From the NCBI GenBank assembly GCA_973895155.1, contig OZ316893.1:18259836-18323835 (forward strand): 64,000 nucleotides of DNA. Reading direction: 5' to 3'. Under the pieces are notes generated by a model, which searched no databases, was not told the origin of the DNA, and saw only the letters and a list, made by a program, of their open reading frames with translations. This document shows, piece after piece, positions 50,530 through 63,370 of the stretch. The translations under genes and the position numbers were made by a program. The stretch is from Marsupella aquatica (taxonomy: Eukaryota; Plantae; Marchantiophyta). Positions within the stretch are counted from its first letter, which is position 1; each line of letters opens with the position of its first letter.

Positions 50530-51450
50530 AATAAAGTCTCTCTCACAAGGACACTCCACCATTATTTCTATTACTCAGTTTCCTAATTAGTTCTTCCAGC
50601 AGAGAGATAGCTTGTACGAGGTGTGTATGTTTCCTAGTTGATTCAGAGATTGCTGCACCAGCATTCAAGAGATCAAGTGCTTCTGAGAATATAGAAATCT
50701 GGTCAAGGACCTGTTTCTTAGTCAGGTCAAAGGCCTGGCTGTTTCGCGCTATCCAAGTGTTCCATAAGTAAGACCTGATATATCAAAGCCATCGAGTGTG
50801 TTGAGAGTACTTTTTCTCTTATAGGACATCAACAACTCCAAAAAACTCATGTCTCGGCACGGTCAATGTTCCAGCCATTCATCCATCCCCGAGTAATTGT
50901 CCAACAGAAGATTGCAAATACAGTGAAAAAAGAGATGCGGGATGGTTTCTACAATCAGCGGGCACAAGCCGCAGAGTCCCTCTGATTTATCAATTTTCAG
51001 AGCCCGTGATCGTGAAAATAAACCATGCGCCAACACTCTCCAAGTGAAAATCTTTGCATGGGTGGGTAGGTCGGAGGTCCACAATATCTCCCAGGTCTCG
51101 TTCCATTCCAACTCAGTAAGGGTTGCATCCCAGATCCTGTTCAGCCAAGGTGAGTCAGACCCTTTAGGCCGCATCTCATAAACCCGATGGTTAGCGAGCC
51201 CAAAAAATTTGAGTGGCAGGTCAGAATCGATCCACCGCCACAGCCTGGTCGGTGCTCCCATCTGCCTGAGACAGAAAGTTGAACTATGTATTGTGCAAAA
51301 GAAAGCCAGACAGCCTACTCTGTCCCCCTCCAACAGCCCACATAGTCGCTGCATCCTTCTCGTCAGAGGTCTCCAAGTGCTTAGTACTTCAGAACAGAAG
51401 GTGCCAACCCTTCGAATTCCCAATCTTCCGCATATCTTCACAGTCATCTC
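50530..51450 (-). mobile_element. L1-type LINE ORF2 3' fragment (zf-RVT region)
   Basis: LWTSDLPTHAKIFTWRVLAHGL...CGLCP.IVETIPHLFFHC in ORF 50863-51447; truncated and frameshifted. Confidence 0.8.
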
Positions 51451-52049
51451 TTTGTGCCCCTCCGGGTTATTAATATTCTAAATACATAAATATATACATG
51501 CTTTTTTTTAAATGGGGGACAGGAAAATACAAAATTATCTCACTTTATCCCCTTCTCTATTTTTCCCTACCTTTTTCATTTTCCTCTTCCTCAATTTTTA
51601 TTCCTTTTTTCCTTTATCTGGCCCTCCCCTTTTTTTCCTCCATGCCAATTTCTGGTTACCTTCTCCCTCATCTTTGGATAGTGCTTTATCTGTATATTTT
51701 ATGAGAGTATAATATAATTATTGCACCCATGTAGAGTTGTAATCCCCATGGGATAGTAGAAAGGACAATCTAGTACAATTCATAATTGCACTTTTAAGTA
51801 CAATTGTTCTTGTTCTCACGTAGACTATTGCAATTGTCGTCGGGGTGGAGCACAAGGAAGTAGCAAACCCAAGTTATGATTATATGTATTTGGACCAGTC
51901 TTCTCCCTTGATAAGTGTTGTGCTTAGCTTAAGATGGGCGACTTATACTTTAGAACTAGTTAACTATCCTCTTTTGAGGGAACCCTTCTATAGCCATAGG
52001 TTACAAGGCTTTACATCAAGTGGACGCACAACCATTAATACTACGTACA

Positions 52050-53830
52050 ATTCCTACACTACTACCGCATGGAAAGCCCTTTGGAAATTTGAAGGTCTTA
52101 TCCACAGCTGATCAAAAAGGGGTACCAAGACACAAATTAACTTGCGGTTAGCATGGATGTGCATAGTTCTCATTATCCTAACCTTCGGCTTCAGAATCCT
52201 CTTTACAGGCTTCCAAACCTGACGTCCTATCATGATGGTATCCAAACCAAGAATAAGACTTTGAGTCTGGTCTAGGTTTATCCTGGACGTCCACTCAAGG
52301 CACTTTGCTCTGTCCGAACCTCCTCCACGTACCCCTTCCTAGTTTGACCAAGGGGTCGAGAGATGGTACACAATGGTGGGGGTGAGCTTTTTAGTAGTGT
52401 CCGAACCACCCAGGGGATAGAAAAAAGGGGAGACTCCCTCTATTCCCTCAACTACCCCCAAGATGCTCACATCCTACTAAGGCAACACATAAAGGGCCTC
52501 AGTCCAATGAGTAATTCCACTGAACACAGGCAGGAGGTATGACCTGGAAGCTTAATTCCCGCTAAACTTCCACATCCACTTCGTCATTGTAGCTCTTCAT
52601 TCTTACTCCTATTGTAGGCAAGACACACAACCAAGAAACAATATAACTCATTCGATCTTGACACTGGTTTGGACGACCTGCAATCCAAGAGAAGACTGTC
52701 TCCCGTTGTCACTATTGTCAGTATCCAAACCTTGCTTCCTCAACAACAATCTCTACTAGGTATTTAACAAAGACTGACTTCTCAAAAGTGGAGAAGGAAC
52801 ATCTGCATGCCAACACGGTTATGCTTGGCGCAATGTAACTGGATAATGTCCCCCCCATCACTTCTGATGGGTGGCTTGAATACTTTACAAATTGTCCTAA
52901 GAATGGGGCAATGGCTACCGTGATCCTAACAAGCTATCATCCTTCTAACCTATTCCTACTCATCTAATTCCTCCGCCCTCCTGTAAAACAGACTGAAGCC
53001 CTATGCTCTTTCATACGCAATATCCCATTTGTCTACCTCTACATCCCTAGCCCCTACTACTTCAATGCAACAGCGAGCCCAGTGCTGGCAACACAGCTCA
53101 TTTTGTTGTCTTAAACGTCGCTCGTCCCTCTTCCCCGACGTCTCGCCTGCTATTACTCACCAATTGTGGTATTCCTCGTAAGTGTTAGGGTCTCACTCAT
53201 TCTCAAGCTCAATTTCATCATCAATTGTGTCAGGGTTGGGTTGGGTTGGTACACCATAAGGTACGCTTGAGTTGGCGTTGGTGGCCCTCCACATCTAATT
53301 GTGGGGTCTCCCCTTCAAGAATTTGGTGTCAATCAATAAATTATACATTCAAGCGGTTGTAGGGTCTGCCCGGCTAAACAACTTTCACATAATCTTGCCT
53401 TTACATTGCATCTCCCCATTAAGGCCCACGCTAATCTTGCCTGCCCGTCCGGATTGATCCACCACTTCAATTAAGGAACGCGCAAAATAGTACCACCGGG
53501 AATAGCGAGGACCCTTAAGTGCCTGCCCAAAAGGATACCGATGTGTAAGGGTGTCCATCCATAGTCTAATTTGAGCAAGAAAGCTCAAAGGTGGGTTTGC
53601 ATCATGTTGGGGCAACTATGGGGTTTGTCTCTAATTGTAAACCAAACCCCTCTTCATTTATGAGCTCCCCGGTAAACTGATGTGGCATCCAAAAGATCAC
53701 AGGTCGGAAGTAATTCCCTAATCTATAATTATGTACACTCTCTTCTAACCATCTAATTACATTCTCCGTAGGGGTTACCCTTTCCCAAAATGAAGTCTTC
53801 TCCCAAACACTCATAACTAAGTCAGTCGGA
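52050..53830 (-). mobile_element. Highly decayed LTR-retrotransposon gag/protease-like remnant
   Basis: Short minus-strand ORF pieces, e.g. TENVIRWLEESV, and LILGLDT resembling the ILGxD end of a retropepsin. Weak evidence. Confidence 0.3.
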
Positions 53831-53939
53831 TTGAAGGAGAATTTGTCGATTCAAATAGTATCATTTGCACAGGCCACTATGGCCCGATCTCTTCCTAACA
53901 AATAAAAGTGAGCCATGGAGTTGCAAAACTCAACTACCT

Positions 53940-54270
53940 TAACACTTAGCTCCGACGTTGCTGACTCCAACGCCAAGCTCCCTTATGGTCCAGGCCCGGA
54001 TAGGCCATCCGGGAGGACTTAGCATGGGGAGACTTGTGGGCAATGAGACGTGGCAGTAGTGAAGGCAAGGAGCCAAGCTGGTGACACACACTAAGGACTT
54101 AGGCTACCTGAGAGCTGGTCGGGTCAAGGGAAAAGGGGCCGGACTCAAGGTTGACTATCCGGCCCCCCGGACGGACTTTGAGTTCTGAGGGCTTGAGTGT
54201 GAGCTCCTCTTGGGCCCAAGGCCAATGGAGTTGACGCCATGGGCAATGGACGTTTGGGGCGTGAGTTAGG
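53940..54270 (+). repeat. Dispersed repeat, homologous to 63060-63370
   Basis: Shared ACTCCAA(C/T)GCCAAGCTCC, CCATCCGG, GACTTGTGGGCAA, CACACTAAGGACTTAG, GAGCTGGTC and GAGCTCCTCTTGGG. Confidence 0.8.
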
Positions 54271-55480
54271 GCCTGATCCAGGTTTGGCCGATCAGGGACC
54301 CCAAGTGGCGATGAGACTTGAGGGCCTAGGCATGAGCATTGGGTCGGCCCGATCACAACGGGCTAAAGCACTCCACTTGCGGACGCCTAACGAAAAAGTT
54401 ATGGGCGTTGCCAGTTGGTGGCGCGCCCACTATGCGCGATAGGATCCGGGTTGGAGGCCAAATGTTTAGGGACCAAAGCTGGTCCGGGGGTGACAGGTCT
54501 CCTGAAGCATATATGAGGGGAGTGGTGTCTCCCTGGGGCAAGGGCGAGCCAAAGTCGTGAGCCGCAGCGGTCGCGGCACTAAGGGAAAATGTCAAACGGA
54601 AACGATGATATCTTCCCAACAGGAAGTCCGTTGGAGGACTTCTTGGGTACATTGGAAAGCTCTCAAGGAGGGCTACATCCTCTTGAGCTCAACTGGGTCT
54701 TGGGGTGCCATGGGTTCTTGAGGTTTGCGGGTGTTAGCTCGCCCGCTTGCCAAATCCTGTCGAACAACAGCCAAGCCGTGTTCAGTATCCCAAGGGAGCT
54801 TGCATTGGGGAGGCAAGGCCAAATAGACATGGAGGTTTAGTTCCTAGGGTGCTCGACCCCTAGACCATCAGTGGGGCGAGAACCGGGAGTTGGTTGCTAG
54901 AGTCGGGGCCTTTCTGGTCCCGGCGTGTTAGGACAAGCTACGCTACTTGGGCCATGAGCATATCTTGAGGTTAGGACGATCAGTTGGTGATGGATAGGTA
55001 CGAGGGGGAACCCGGACCGCACCCAAGGAAGGAGCTATTCTGGACAAACAATGGGCATGGGTTCTAGTTCTGGCTTATGGCATTGGGAGGACCTATCGCT
55101 GACCTATTTACCATGTCTGTTGAGCTTGAGTTAGGATGCTAGACTTGGCAAGTTCTAGATCTTGAAGGGTTACTTACCGAGGTGCTTGGTTGCTTGTGCA
55201 GACAGTGAGGACCGTTGAGTAGCGGTCATGTTGGAGAGCAAGTGCGGCTTCGTATGGGAGGGGCCGCTGGCAGTGCAAGGGGCACTAGGTTGCTTGCTCG
55301 AGGTACTCCGTGGAGGCGTTCGGACACCAGGGGCACTTAGGCGTGAGTGGTAATGGTAATGGTAATGGTAATGTATTATAAGCTCCGGGACCATGAAAGT
55401 CAAAGGAGCTGCCACAAAAAGTAAAGTACAATGCAATCAAAGAAAAGAGCAACCAAAAGAGATTGCTCAGAAGAGGACAA

Positions 55481-58400
55481 CTATGTCCTCAAAGAAACTA
55501 TGGACCTAGAGAGCCCTGAAAGATTTTCCAAACCTATTCTCCTTTCCCTATCCACCGCAAAGATATATCTTCCAAGTTGCTGAGGGGGCAGACCAAACAA
55601 TGCATACAAATCTTTCACCAAGATTTGAGATGCCATCCTAACCCCCTCATAAAACTTGCAAGCAATGAATACATGATATTCATTCTCTATACTAGAGCTA
55701 TCACATAGTTGACAAACCCTCTTTTTCCTGTCAATATCCTTCCATCTCCCTTGTTCTACTTCAAGGTGGTGTGAGCTTAGTCTATACTGAGCAATAAGTT
55801 GTCTAAGTTGTACTGAGATAGTGCTAGATAAGTATTCTTGTTCTCGATATTTCTTCATGGGGTTCACATCTCTCATGTAGTATTGCTGCCGTGGGCTAGG
55901 TTCATGCCAAAGTTTGTGCAAAGCCTTTTGCTCAAGTTTTGCTCTTAGCTTGGTTGGGTGTGTTGGCCATTCATGTTCAGGAAAATCCCAAGCATGGGCC
56001 CACCTGCACACATCTGCATACCACCCTTTAGCTGAAGATGAGCGCAAGGCATGAAAAGGAAATCTGTTTTCCTCCAACTCTCTTACACGCATGATGTATT
56101 TGAGTGTGTGGAAGAGTGCCTCCACCTCCAAAGGAAACAAGCCTGCCTCTGCAAGTGTAAGTGTATATGGGGTTTGTGACTTGATCCCAAGCTCCATCTC
56201 AAGAAATAGCTTTTGCAGCCCCTCAATCTGTTGCCACCCAGATTTAGACACACCTGCTCCCCAAATTGGTGCTCCATAAAGAATGACTGGTTTCACCAAA
56301 GCTCCAAAGAGATGTTTCCTTAACCTCCAAGTGTGTAGACCAGCTCTTTTGCATTTGTTCATGAATGCATAAAAAGCTCTGTACCCATTGGCAGCCCTAG
56401 ATTTTACACATGAGGCCCAACTCAAGTTTTGAGAGAACTCCACCCCAAGGTATTTGTAGGTCCTCACAAATTCCACCAGATTCCCTTGGAAGTAGAGCTC
56501 TGGATTTTGTCGTGTGCCAATGCCCAAACACTTGGTCTTCTTGAGGTTGACTACCATCCCTGTTGCTTGACAAAACTCCTCCAAGGCATTGAGATGTCTT
56601 TGCAAAGCTTCTTGAGCATGAGCAAGTAGGACCACATCATCTGCAAATATAAGAAGTTGGAGGACAAACCTACCCAATTGAGTGCCAACTCCACCATGCT
56701 CCTCCAAAATGTTGTGTAGCTGATCAATGAAGATGCCAAATAGAGTTGGTGAGAGAGGACAACCTTGGATCACCCCAAGAGTGCTCCAGATTTCTTCAGA
56801 GGTTTCCTTTGAAAGTTTGATGCGCACTTCTTGGTACAATTTAGAAACAGCCAACCTGAGCTCTTCAGGCACTTCCAACTCCACCATCCTATCCCAAAGC
56901 TTGGATCGGGAAACTTTGTCAAAGGCCTTGGAGAAGTCCACAAACAAGCAAAATAATGGTTTATGTGGAGATTTGGCCTTTTCACACAACACCCTCAAGC
57001 AGAGAATGTGATCCATAGTGCTGAATTCTCTCCTAAAACCTGCTTGTGAAGGTGCCCTTTTCATCTCACTCTCCAACCAAGAGCTTAATCTGGCTTCAAG
57101 TAGTCCTCCCAAAACTTTAGCAAAAGTATTGCCTACCATGATGGTTCTGTAGTTGTGCACATCGTCCTTGTTGCCTGCCTTGAAGATAGGCACCACTCTT
57201 CTGGTCATCCAAGCTTTAGGTAAACCTAAAGCCATTGCTTGATTCAGCTCATGCACCAAGTTTGTTAATAAAGAGGGTCCTCCCCACAAAAGAAGCTCCA
57301 AGTTCAGGCCCAACAGATCTTTAGCTTTCCCATGTTGCATGTGGGAAAGATGCACCTTCACCTCCCTCTCTGTAAACTGAATGGTGTCCCCAAGGGGCAA
57401 AGGCATGCCACTAGCATCTGGAAAGAAATACAAGGATGTGACATAGGTTACCAGGTCCTGGTGATCCAAGGGGGGAGTAGTCTTGCCTGATTGCATTCTC
57501 TCCCAAAAACGTTTTGGATGTTTGATGAACTCCTCACATAGTGATTGTTGATGACTCTTCAAGAAGCACCTCTTCTTGTGTTTGATGAAGTTCTTGTACA
57601 TAGTGAATGCCAAAAGTCTCTTTTCCCCTGAATGTGATCTTGCTTGCATCCTTGCTTTAGCACAATCCTCGTCAAACCAAGCCTTCATGTTTTGCTTTCT
57701 AGGGGGTTTGGTGGAGAAAGTAGAGGCTGCTGCTTGTACTATGACTTCTGAGAGCTCAATCTGATCATCCAGGGTATGGAGAAGATGTTCAAAGTTGGCT
57801 TTGAAGATGACTTCTCTATCAGGGTCTAGAAACAGAGGTTTGGGTACTGGCTTTCTATGCACTTTGTTTGGGATTGTGGTCAGGTCAAGATGGAACAACA
57901 AAGGCAAGTGTGAAGACTCTGGTTGTTGATCAAGTATTTGAAAGTCAACCACTCTAGTGGCAGAGGTAGGTGTGGCAAGAAGGTAATCAATGGTACTACA
58001 TCCTTGTTTAGATCTAAAAGTGTAACCAGATGATTGGGGAAATCTCTCAAGCCCATTCAATATTCTTAGATTACAAGAAGCTCCCAAATGCAAAAAGTGA
58101 CGTGTCATGTCATTTGTTCTGGTGTCAAGAGCCTCTCTCACCCAAGGTAGCTCTTCACTACATGATGACCAAGGTAAAGTTCCTAAGTCCTCACTTTCAG
58201 TAAATTGTTCATTAGATACCCTGGCATTAAAGTCCCCCACTATCCATGTCTCCCCTAGTGGTGATATATCATGAATGACTTGGATTAACCTATGAAATGG
58301 ATAATGTGCATCAGCAATTCCCATCTTATAGACATTCATATTAAGGGGAGCAAAGTAGGTGACAATCAGAAATGATGGAGTACCTCTGGTATGAAGTCTC

Positions 58401-58684
58401 ACCACCATGAACTGCTTGCTGGGATCTTCATGCTCAATAGAGGTGATGTGTTGAAGTTGATTCTTGGTGTAGACAGCAATGCCTCCAAACCCTCTTCCCC
58501 GTGTGGTCTTCTTCTCATTGAAGATGGATTGTATGCAAGTAAAGCCTTTAATGCTAGGTAGAGCATTTCCCTCATATTCCCAAGTCTCCGTGAAAAGCAA
58601 GATGTCAAAATTCTCAAACAAAGGTTCCCCTCCAATTGCTGTTTCTATGGAAAGTCCTGAAACATTCCATGCCATGACTCTCAA
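55481..58684 (-). CDS. LINE ORF2: AP endonuclease + reverse transcriptase + C-terminal Cys/His motif (1067 aa, uninterrupted)
   Basis: WNVSGL, ETW, GDFNA, STIDY and SSHLP (endonuclease); NYRTI, QAGFR, FVDFSKAFDKV, GVIQGCPLSPTLF, FADD and YKYLG (RT). Confidence 0.96.
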   Translation of the reverse strand: MRVMAWNVSGLSIETAIGGEPLFENFDILLFTETWEYEGNALPSIKGFTCIQSIFNEKKTTRGRGFGGIAVYTKNQLQHITSIEHEDPSKQFMVVRLHTRGTPSFLIVTYFAPLNMNVYKMGIADAHYPFHRLIQVIHDISPLGETWIVGDFNARVSNEQFTESEDLGTLPWSSCSEELPWVREALDTRTNDMTRHFLHLGASCNLRILNGLERFPQSSGYTFRSKQGCSTIDYLLATPTSATRVVDFQILDQQPESSHLPLLFHLDLTTIPNKVHRKPVPKPLFLDPDREVIFKANFEHLLHTLDDQIELSEVIVQAAASTFSTKPPRKQNMKAWFDEDCAKARMQARSHSGEKRLLAFTMYKNFIKHKKRCFLKSHQQSLCEEFIKHPKRFWERMQSGKTTPPLDHQDLVTYVTSLYFFPDASGMPLPLGDTIQFTEREVKVHLSHMQHGKAKDLLGLNLELLLWGGPSLLTNLVHELNQAMALGLPKAWMTRRVVPIFKAGNKDDVHNYRTIMVGNTFAKVLGGLLEARLSSWLESEMKRAPSQAGFRREFSTMDHILCLRVLCEKAKSPHKPLFCLFVDFSKAFDKVSRSKLWDRMVELEVPEELRLAVSKLYQEVRIKLSKETSEEIWSTLGVIQGCPLSPTLFGIFIDQLHNILEEHGGVGTQLGRFVLQLLIFADDVVLLAHAQEALQRHLNALEEFCQATGMVVNLKKTKCLGIGTRQNPELYFQGNLVEFVRTYKYLGVEFSQNLSWASCVKSRAANGYRAFYAFMNKCKRAGLHTWRLRKHLFGALVKPVILYGAPIWGAGVSKSGWQQIEGLQKLFLEMELGIKSQTPYTLTLAEAGLFPLEVEALFHTLKYIMRVRELEENRFPFHALRSSSAKGWYADVCRWAHAWDFPEHEWPTHPTKLRAKLEQKALHKLWHEPSPRQQYYMRDVNPMKKYREQEYLSSTISVQLRQLIAQYRLSSHHLEVEQGRWKDIDRKKRVCQLCDSSSIENEYHVFIACKFYEGVRMASQILVKDLYALFGLPPQQLGRYIFAVDRERRIGLENLSGLSRSIVSLRT

Positions 58685-58696
58685 GGTCCCGATCCA

Positions 58697-59110
58697 TCAT
58701 TTAGAAACAACTCTCTTCTTATTGGTAACAACAGCTTGTCCATTGCGCAAGTAGGCTACCAATCCTTGGTCTTTGGCTACCCTCACCTTCTCAAGCTCAA
58801 TTTTCCTTGCTTGGACTTGTGTGGGAGTCAGATCATCATCCAACCAAATCCTTAGCCCTTTAAGCATGCTCCTGTTAGCCATCACTCTAGCTTTCTCGGA
58901 TTCAGCTGCAAACTTCACCAAGATTGGACGTGAAAGGTCCCCCTTCTTTTGCCCAATCCTATATGCTTGCAAAATGATAGGGTCATGCACTTTCATCTGA
59001 GATTGGAAGAATGAAATTGCTACCTTCTTGGTGTCTTCCTTCTCCTCCTCAACAAGGCCTGATATTTTGCAGTTGCTGACTCTTGCATGCTGGTTCTTGT
59101 GTTGGGATTG
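58697..59110 (-). CDS. LINE ORF1 C-terminal fragment
   Basis: NCKISGLVE, AYRIG, RPILVKF and IWLDDDLTP are typical LINE ORF1 RRM/CTD motifs; the ORF ends 12 bp before the ORF2 ATG. Confidence 0.8.
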   Translation of the reverse strand, partial: QSQHKNQHARVSNCKISGLVEEEKEDTKKVAISFFQSQMKVHDPIILQAYRIGQKKGDLSRPILVKFAAESEKARVMANRSMLKGLRIWLDDDLTPTQVQARKIELEKVRVAKDQGLVAYLRNGQAVVTNKKRVVSK

Positions 59111-59494
59111 GTGAGGGCGTTGGGTGGTAAGGTCCACCACTCATGGCAAGGTGACTAAATTGGGGTAAGACGAGAATATCTACAAAAGTGATCCACTCAT
59201 TGGATACCACGGTGTGGAAGGTGAAGTAAGGATTGAAGATCACATGCGTACCGTGTCATCTTGCCGTTCAAAGAAGGGTGACCAGGTGAGGAAGTGTATA
59301 CTTCCCACAGTTTACTCGGATTTCTCTCGCCGTCCAAGTCTCCATGATGACTTCTACTAAGTCAAAGAATGTTCTATGTACTCCTAAACTTTGATATCAA
59401 TGAATTTTCTTTATAGGGCAGTTGAGATATGTAGTGTTTGCATCCGCCAAAAAAGCTATGTAATGAGGGGTGGCCAACATGCTCTCTCTCCAAT

Positions 59495-61860
59495 TCAGGA
59501 CAACAAGATTTGTGTGACTCTACTATTGGCCCTCCCTCCTAATCTAAAATATAAGTCCTTGAGTTGGGTGAATTCTATGGCCCCCGACCACTCAAAGAAT
59601 GGTATCATGAATTTGATCCATACCGGGATGTCGTGCCAGATCTCATCACAGTCATTTGGACAAATGGCCCTTTTGTTAATCCCAGCTGCCGTCAAAATAA
59701 TACGGAGGGTTTCTAAATCCATTGCTTCATCTATTTCTATAACATTCCGGGAGGTTATCTTATGTCCCATGAATATCTTCCATGAGTTTAAGCTCATATT
59801 CTTGAGCTGCCCTAGCTTTCTTTTGTGCATAAGATCCGCTAGTGCCTCCTTTAATAACTTAGCTATCATGGTAGCTTCATCCCGCAAGCTCTGCACTTCT
59901 AAATCATAGGCCTCATACGTGGCCTTTGGAATCCAGACCACCTTATTGCATTGTTGAATCAGCTCTTTACCATTTATGTTATGTAACAATTTCTTCCTCC
60001 CCCTATCCCTTCTCTCTTCTCCTCCTTCCAATGCAGCGACCTATGTTTGCTTCTCTTCTAGCTGCTTCCGTAACTCGTGGTTGGTCCTCTCAGCTTCTTG
60101 GAGATTTTCCTCACACTCCAAAGCCCTCAGTCTTACCAGGGCTTCTCTTTTGGTGAGTACTTTTGCAGATTTTTCTTGTTCTGCCAACTATTCGGATAGA
60201 CGGATCACCAGTTGTTCTCCCTCTCGATCCTACCTTTTGATCCAACCCTGTTATTTTTTCTGTAGTTTGTTTGTCTTTTGTTGGGAGATAGAACCACACA
60301 ACGCATGTTGGGTTCTTACTTCTTTCAACTCTTCACCGAGCTTCCGTTGGATAATCTGGACCAGCTCGTCCATCTGCTTGATAGTTGCCTTAGTTGCCAA
60401 GAGCTGAGTTTGTAAATTTGCCTCTTCTTCTTTGGCGGCAGTCAAGCACATACCCCACTCTTCTTCCTTGTCGACAACATCTCTTGTAGCTTCCCCTTCT
60501 CTTGCCGGATCCTCCCTAGCTTTGACCGCAGTTCTTGTACCCCGGCCTTCTCCATCCGGACCTCTTCCTGAGCGTGCTGAAGGGCTGACTTGGCCTCCTT
60601 GTTCTCCTTCTTCTCTTTGTCTAGTGCTTCTTCTATCTTTGTCAGCTATTTCCATGACTCCTTGTTGGCCCGAGCCTTCTCATTTAACTTTGTAAGGAGC
60701 TGTTCAACCTTCTTCTATGCGACCCTTAGCTTTTCTGAGTTGCGCGTCTTGCCTTCGGACTCCATGATCACAATTCTTGCCATTTCTTTCAAATCCCTTA
60801 ACCAGTAGCGTAGGTCCTTGGTGTTGGGAATCGGTTTCCCTATAAAAGCTAGACATTGTGCAAAAGTCACTATCTCCGATAGATTGATGGTGGCCAAAAG
60901 TTTGGACAACGTGGGCTGTCGAAAGGTGGTCTCTCTCCCTTCTTCTTCTTCTTCCCCTTCCTCTTCCTCATCTTTGTCCGGTAGGTTTACTTTTCTCCTC
61001 TCTTTTTTGAGACTCTTGTAGTATTGCTCAGCTCTTTCATTCAATGCTCGTAGAGCTTCTGCTCCTCCTTCACTTTTTGCATCTGAATTTGGGGGTGAGT
61101 CTCCCTCTTCTTCCTCCTCATCATCCTCAAAATCCTCCTCATCATACTCTGGTATGTTCATCCACGTTGATGTTGGTTGTGGATCCCGACGCAGTCCCAA
61201 ATTGTGCTGTCCATGAGCTTCTATTTGATCTTCTTTTTTATTCTTCCAAGTTTGAGTTATCTGATGGAGCTCTATTGATTGACTTTTGGACCCCAAACAA
61301 ATTATGCACAACTACTCCTATCTGATAAGCTATGAGTGATGGGAATTTTGGACAACCTTTTAAATCAATCATAGCAGACAAATTAGCTTTCCATAATTGG
61401 AGGGGGTGAAGACTCCCCTGAAATAAAGCCCTTGCCACTGCAATTCTTGGCAATGTGACGTGATGATATTCACTCTTGACCATCACCCACTTGGTACAGA
61501 ACTCTATAAAGTTCTGATACTCATTTTGGCGGATGGCTCCATATTGCATATTCTCCCTTGTCATCCAAACCTCCAGTTGCTATAAGAAAGATGCCATGCC
61601 TTCTACTTTGATTGGGTCCACTTGGTACAAAAGTAGCAACCCTCTCACTCCTGGTAGCTCAAACATTTCACACAACTTTTGGTGTGGAGAAAGTATACAT
61701 CTTCCCCTTGTATGTGATGAACATAGCCTTGAGTGACATTGTCACCTTAGTAATTTGTGAGCAGATCTCTCTTGCTCGTGCAGTCAATAAGTAGCAGCCC
61801 ATCCGGACCATGCCATAAACTCTAGCCCCGTAGAAGGTTTGCTGGACTCTCCTCAATGCG
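59495..61860 (-). pseudogene. Decayed TE accessory ORF (possible PMD-like N-terminus, acidic tract, coiled coil)
   Basis: Consecutive minus-strand pieces 61668-61856, 61238-61564, 60715-61311, 60251-60655 and 59495-60031. The layout is the same as 10602-14100, but sequence similarity is only suggestive. Confidence 0.4.
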
Positions 61861-63059
61861 CTACACCTCCATAATGGAGTTGCAGATCTTCTCCTCTGAG
61901 GATGCAGCTCCTTTCTTGTTCGTAGTTGGGGGAACCTTTCCCCTTTGTGTTCCTGTCAAATCCATCTCGCCGGTGAATCTAGTAGTATAAGTGTGAAGTG
62001 AGCGGACATTTGCACTGAGTTCTATCAAGAGCTTCTAGTCCACATCGAAAAGTGATGAATGAGCGCACAAATACCTTGTGAAACAAAATCCAGCCCTCCT
62101 CCCTACCTTATGTTCAAGGATTTTCCTTTTGGTCCTATAAGTGTTTGGGCGGGTGGAATGACCCTTCGCTGCTCAAGCGTGAGGGCGTCTTAGTCAAGCG
62201 CCCAACTAATGATGGCCCTAGATACGGTTTTCCCATGAGGAGACTACTTATGATCGACCTCCACTCATTACTTAGTAAAGGCATGGTACTTGACATAGTT
62301 GGTACACAGACCCCCTTAAGGTCCGATTGGTGGCGATACCTTAAGTACCCATTATGGTCGTCCCAACTATTTTAGCATTAAAACATGCTTTATTGCAAAC
62401 AAAAAAAATTGGGGCCCGCATAGCAATGTCATTATGTGTTTATGTGTACCTTGGCCATGGAATTAATAATCAAACGGTTACAAAAAATCACCTAAAAGAT
62501 CTAACAGCTGTCATTCATTAATTCCCACTCAAAATGCAATTTGTAAGGGGATGAAGGATTAAAATGAGTGGGATTTGATATTATAGATGTAGATAGGTAA
62601 AGCGCTCCTTTCAAGGGGAGAAAACAAGAGCCGTGACACAACACCTAACAAAAGGAACAAAGTGCCCAAGAGAAACTATAGCCTCTGACCTCCAATTTGT
62701 CACTAGCTCAATGTGTCCTTGCCGCCATGTGGCTGTTGCGGTGAGGTTGTCCTTGGTGTAACAATATCCGGACATGGCACATAAATGGCAAGGTGAAGCA
62801 AAGATTCAGCGTGATTGGCAATATCTCGCATTAAGGCATCAACACGACTCGTTTATAGTTGCGCCTTTTGGATTACACCTAATTAGCATTTGGGGAAATT
62901 TTCACCCAATTTGGGCAGACTCTCCCTCTTTGACGATTGGCCTGAGCCACCTGTCCTCAAGGGCAGCATTGGGCTGTCCCTACGCCCAACCCCCAAAGTC
63001 TTGGACCGGTCTAGGGCCCACTTTTGCCTAACCGGCAATCGTAGAACTTGACTACCCTA

Positions 63060-63370
63060 CCATTTAGCTTAGGCGTCACTACTCCAATGCCAAGCTCCAC
63101 TACGATCCAAGCCTCTGGGACAACCATCCGGTGGGGACTTGTGGGCAAGGAAGTGCTGCACTAGAAAAGGCAATGTGTTGAGCTAGTGGCGCACACTAAG
63201 GACTTAGACTAGCATCGGGAGCTGGTCAAGTCAGGGGAAGGGCCAAGGTCAGTGTGAACCGTTCGGACCCTGGATGGACCCTGATTTTTAAGGGCTGAGT
63301 GAGAGCTCCTCTTGGGTCCAAGTGCATAGAAGTTCAATTCATGTGGAACGGATGTTTAGCGCATGAGAAA
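63060..63370 (+). repeat. Dispersed repeat, homologous to 53940-54270, interrupted at 63371
   Basis: Similarity to 53940-54270 stops where TGTTACG begins. Confidence 0.75.

Larger units (their letters stand above)
55350..59110 (-). mobile_element. Non-LTR retrotransposon, RTE-X-like, 5'-truncated within ORF1, (CATTAC)4 tail
   Basis: ORF1 remnant + intact ORF2 + short 3'UTR ending in (CATTAC)4 at 55350-55373. The clade is inferred from the microsatellite tail, the presence of an ORF1 and the C-terminal RLSSHxL..E.GR..C..C..ENEYH..C motif. Confidence 0.88.
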
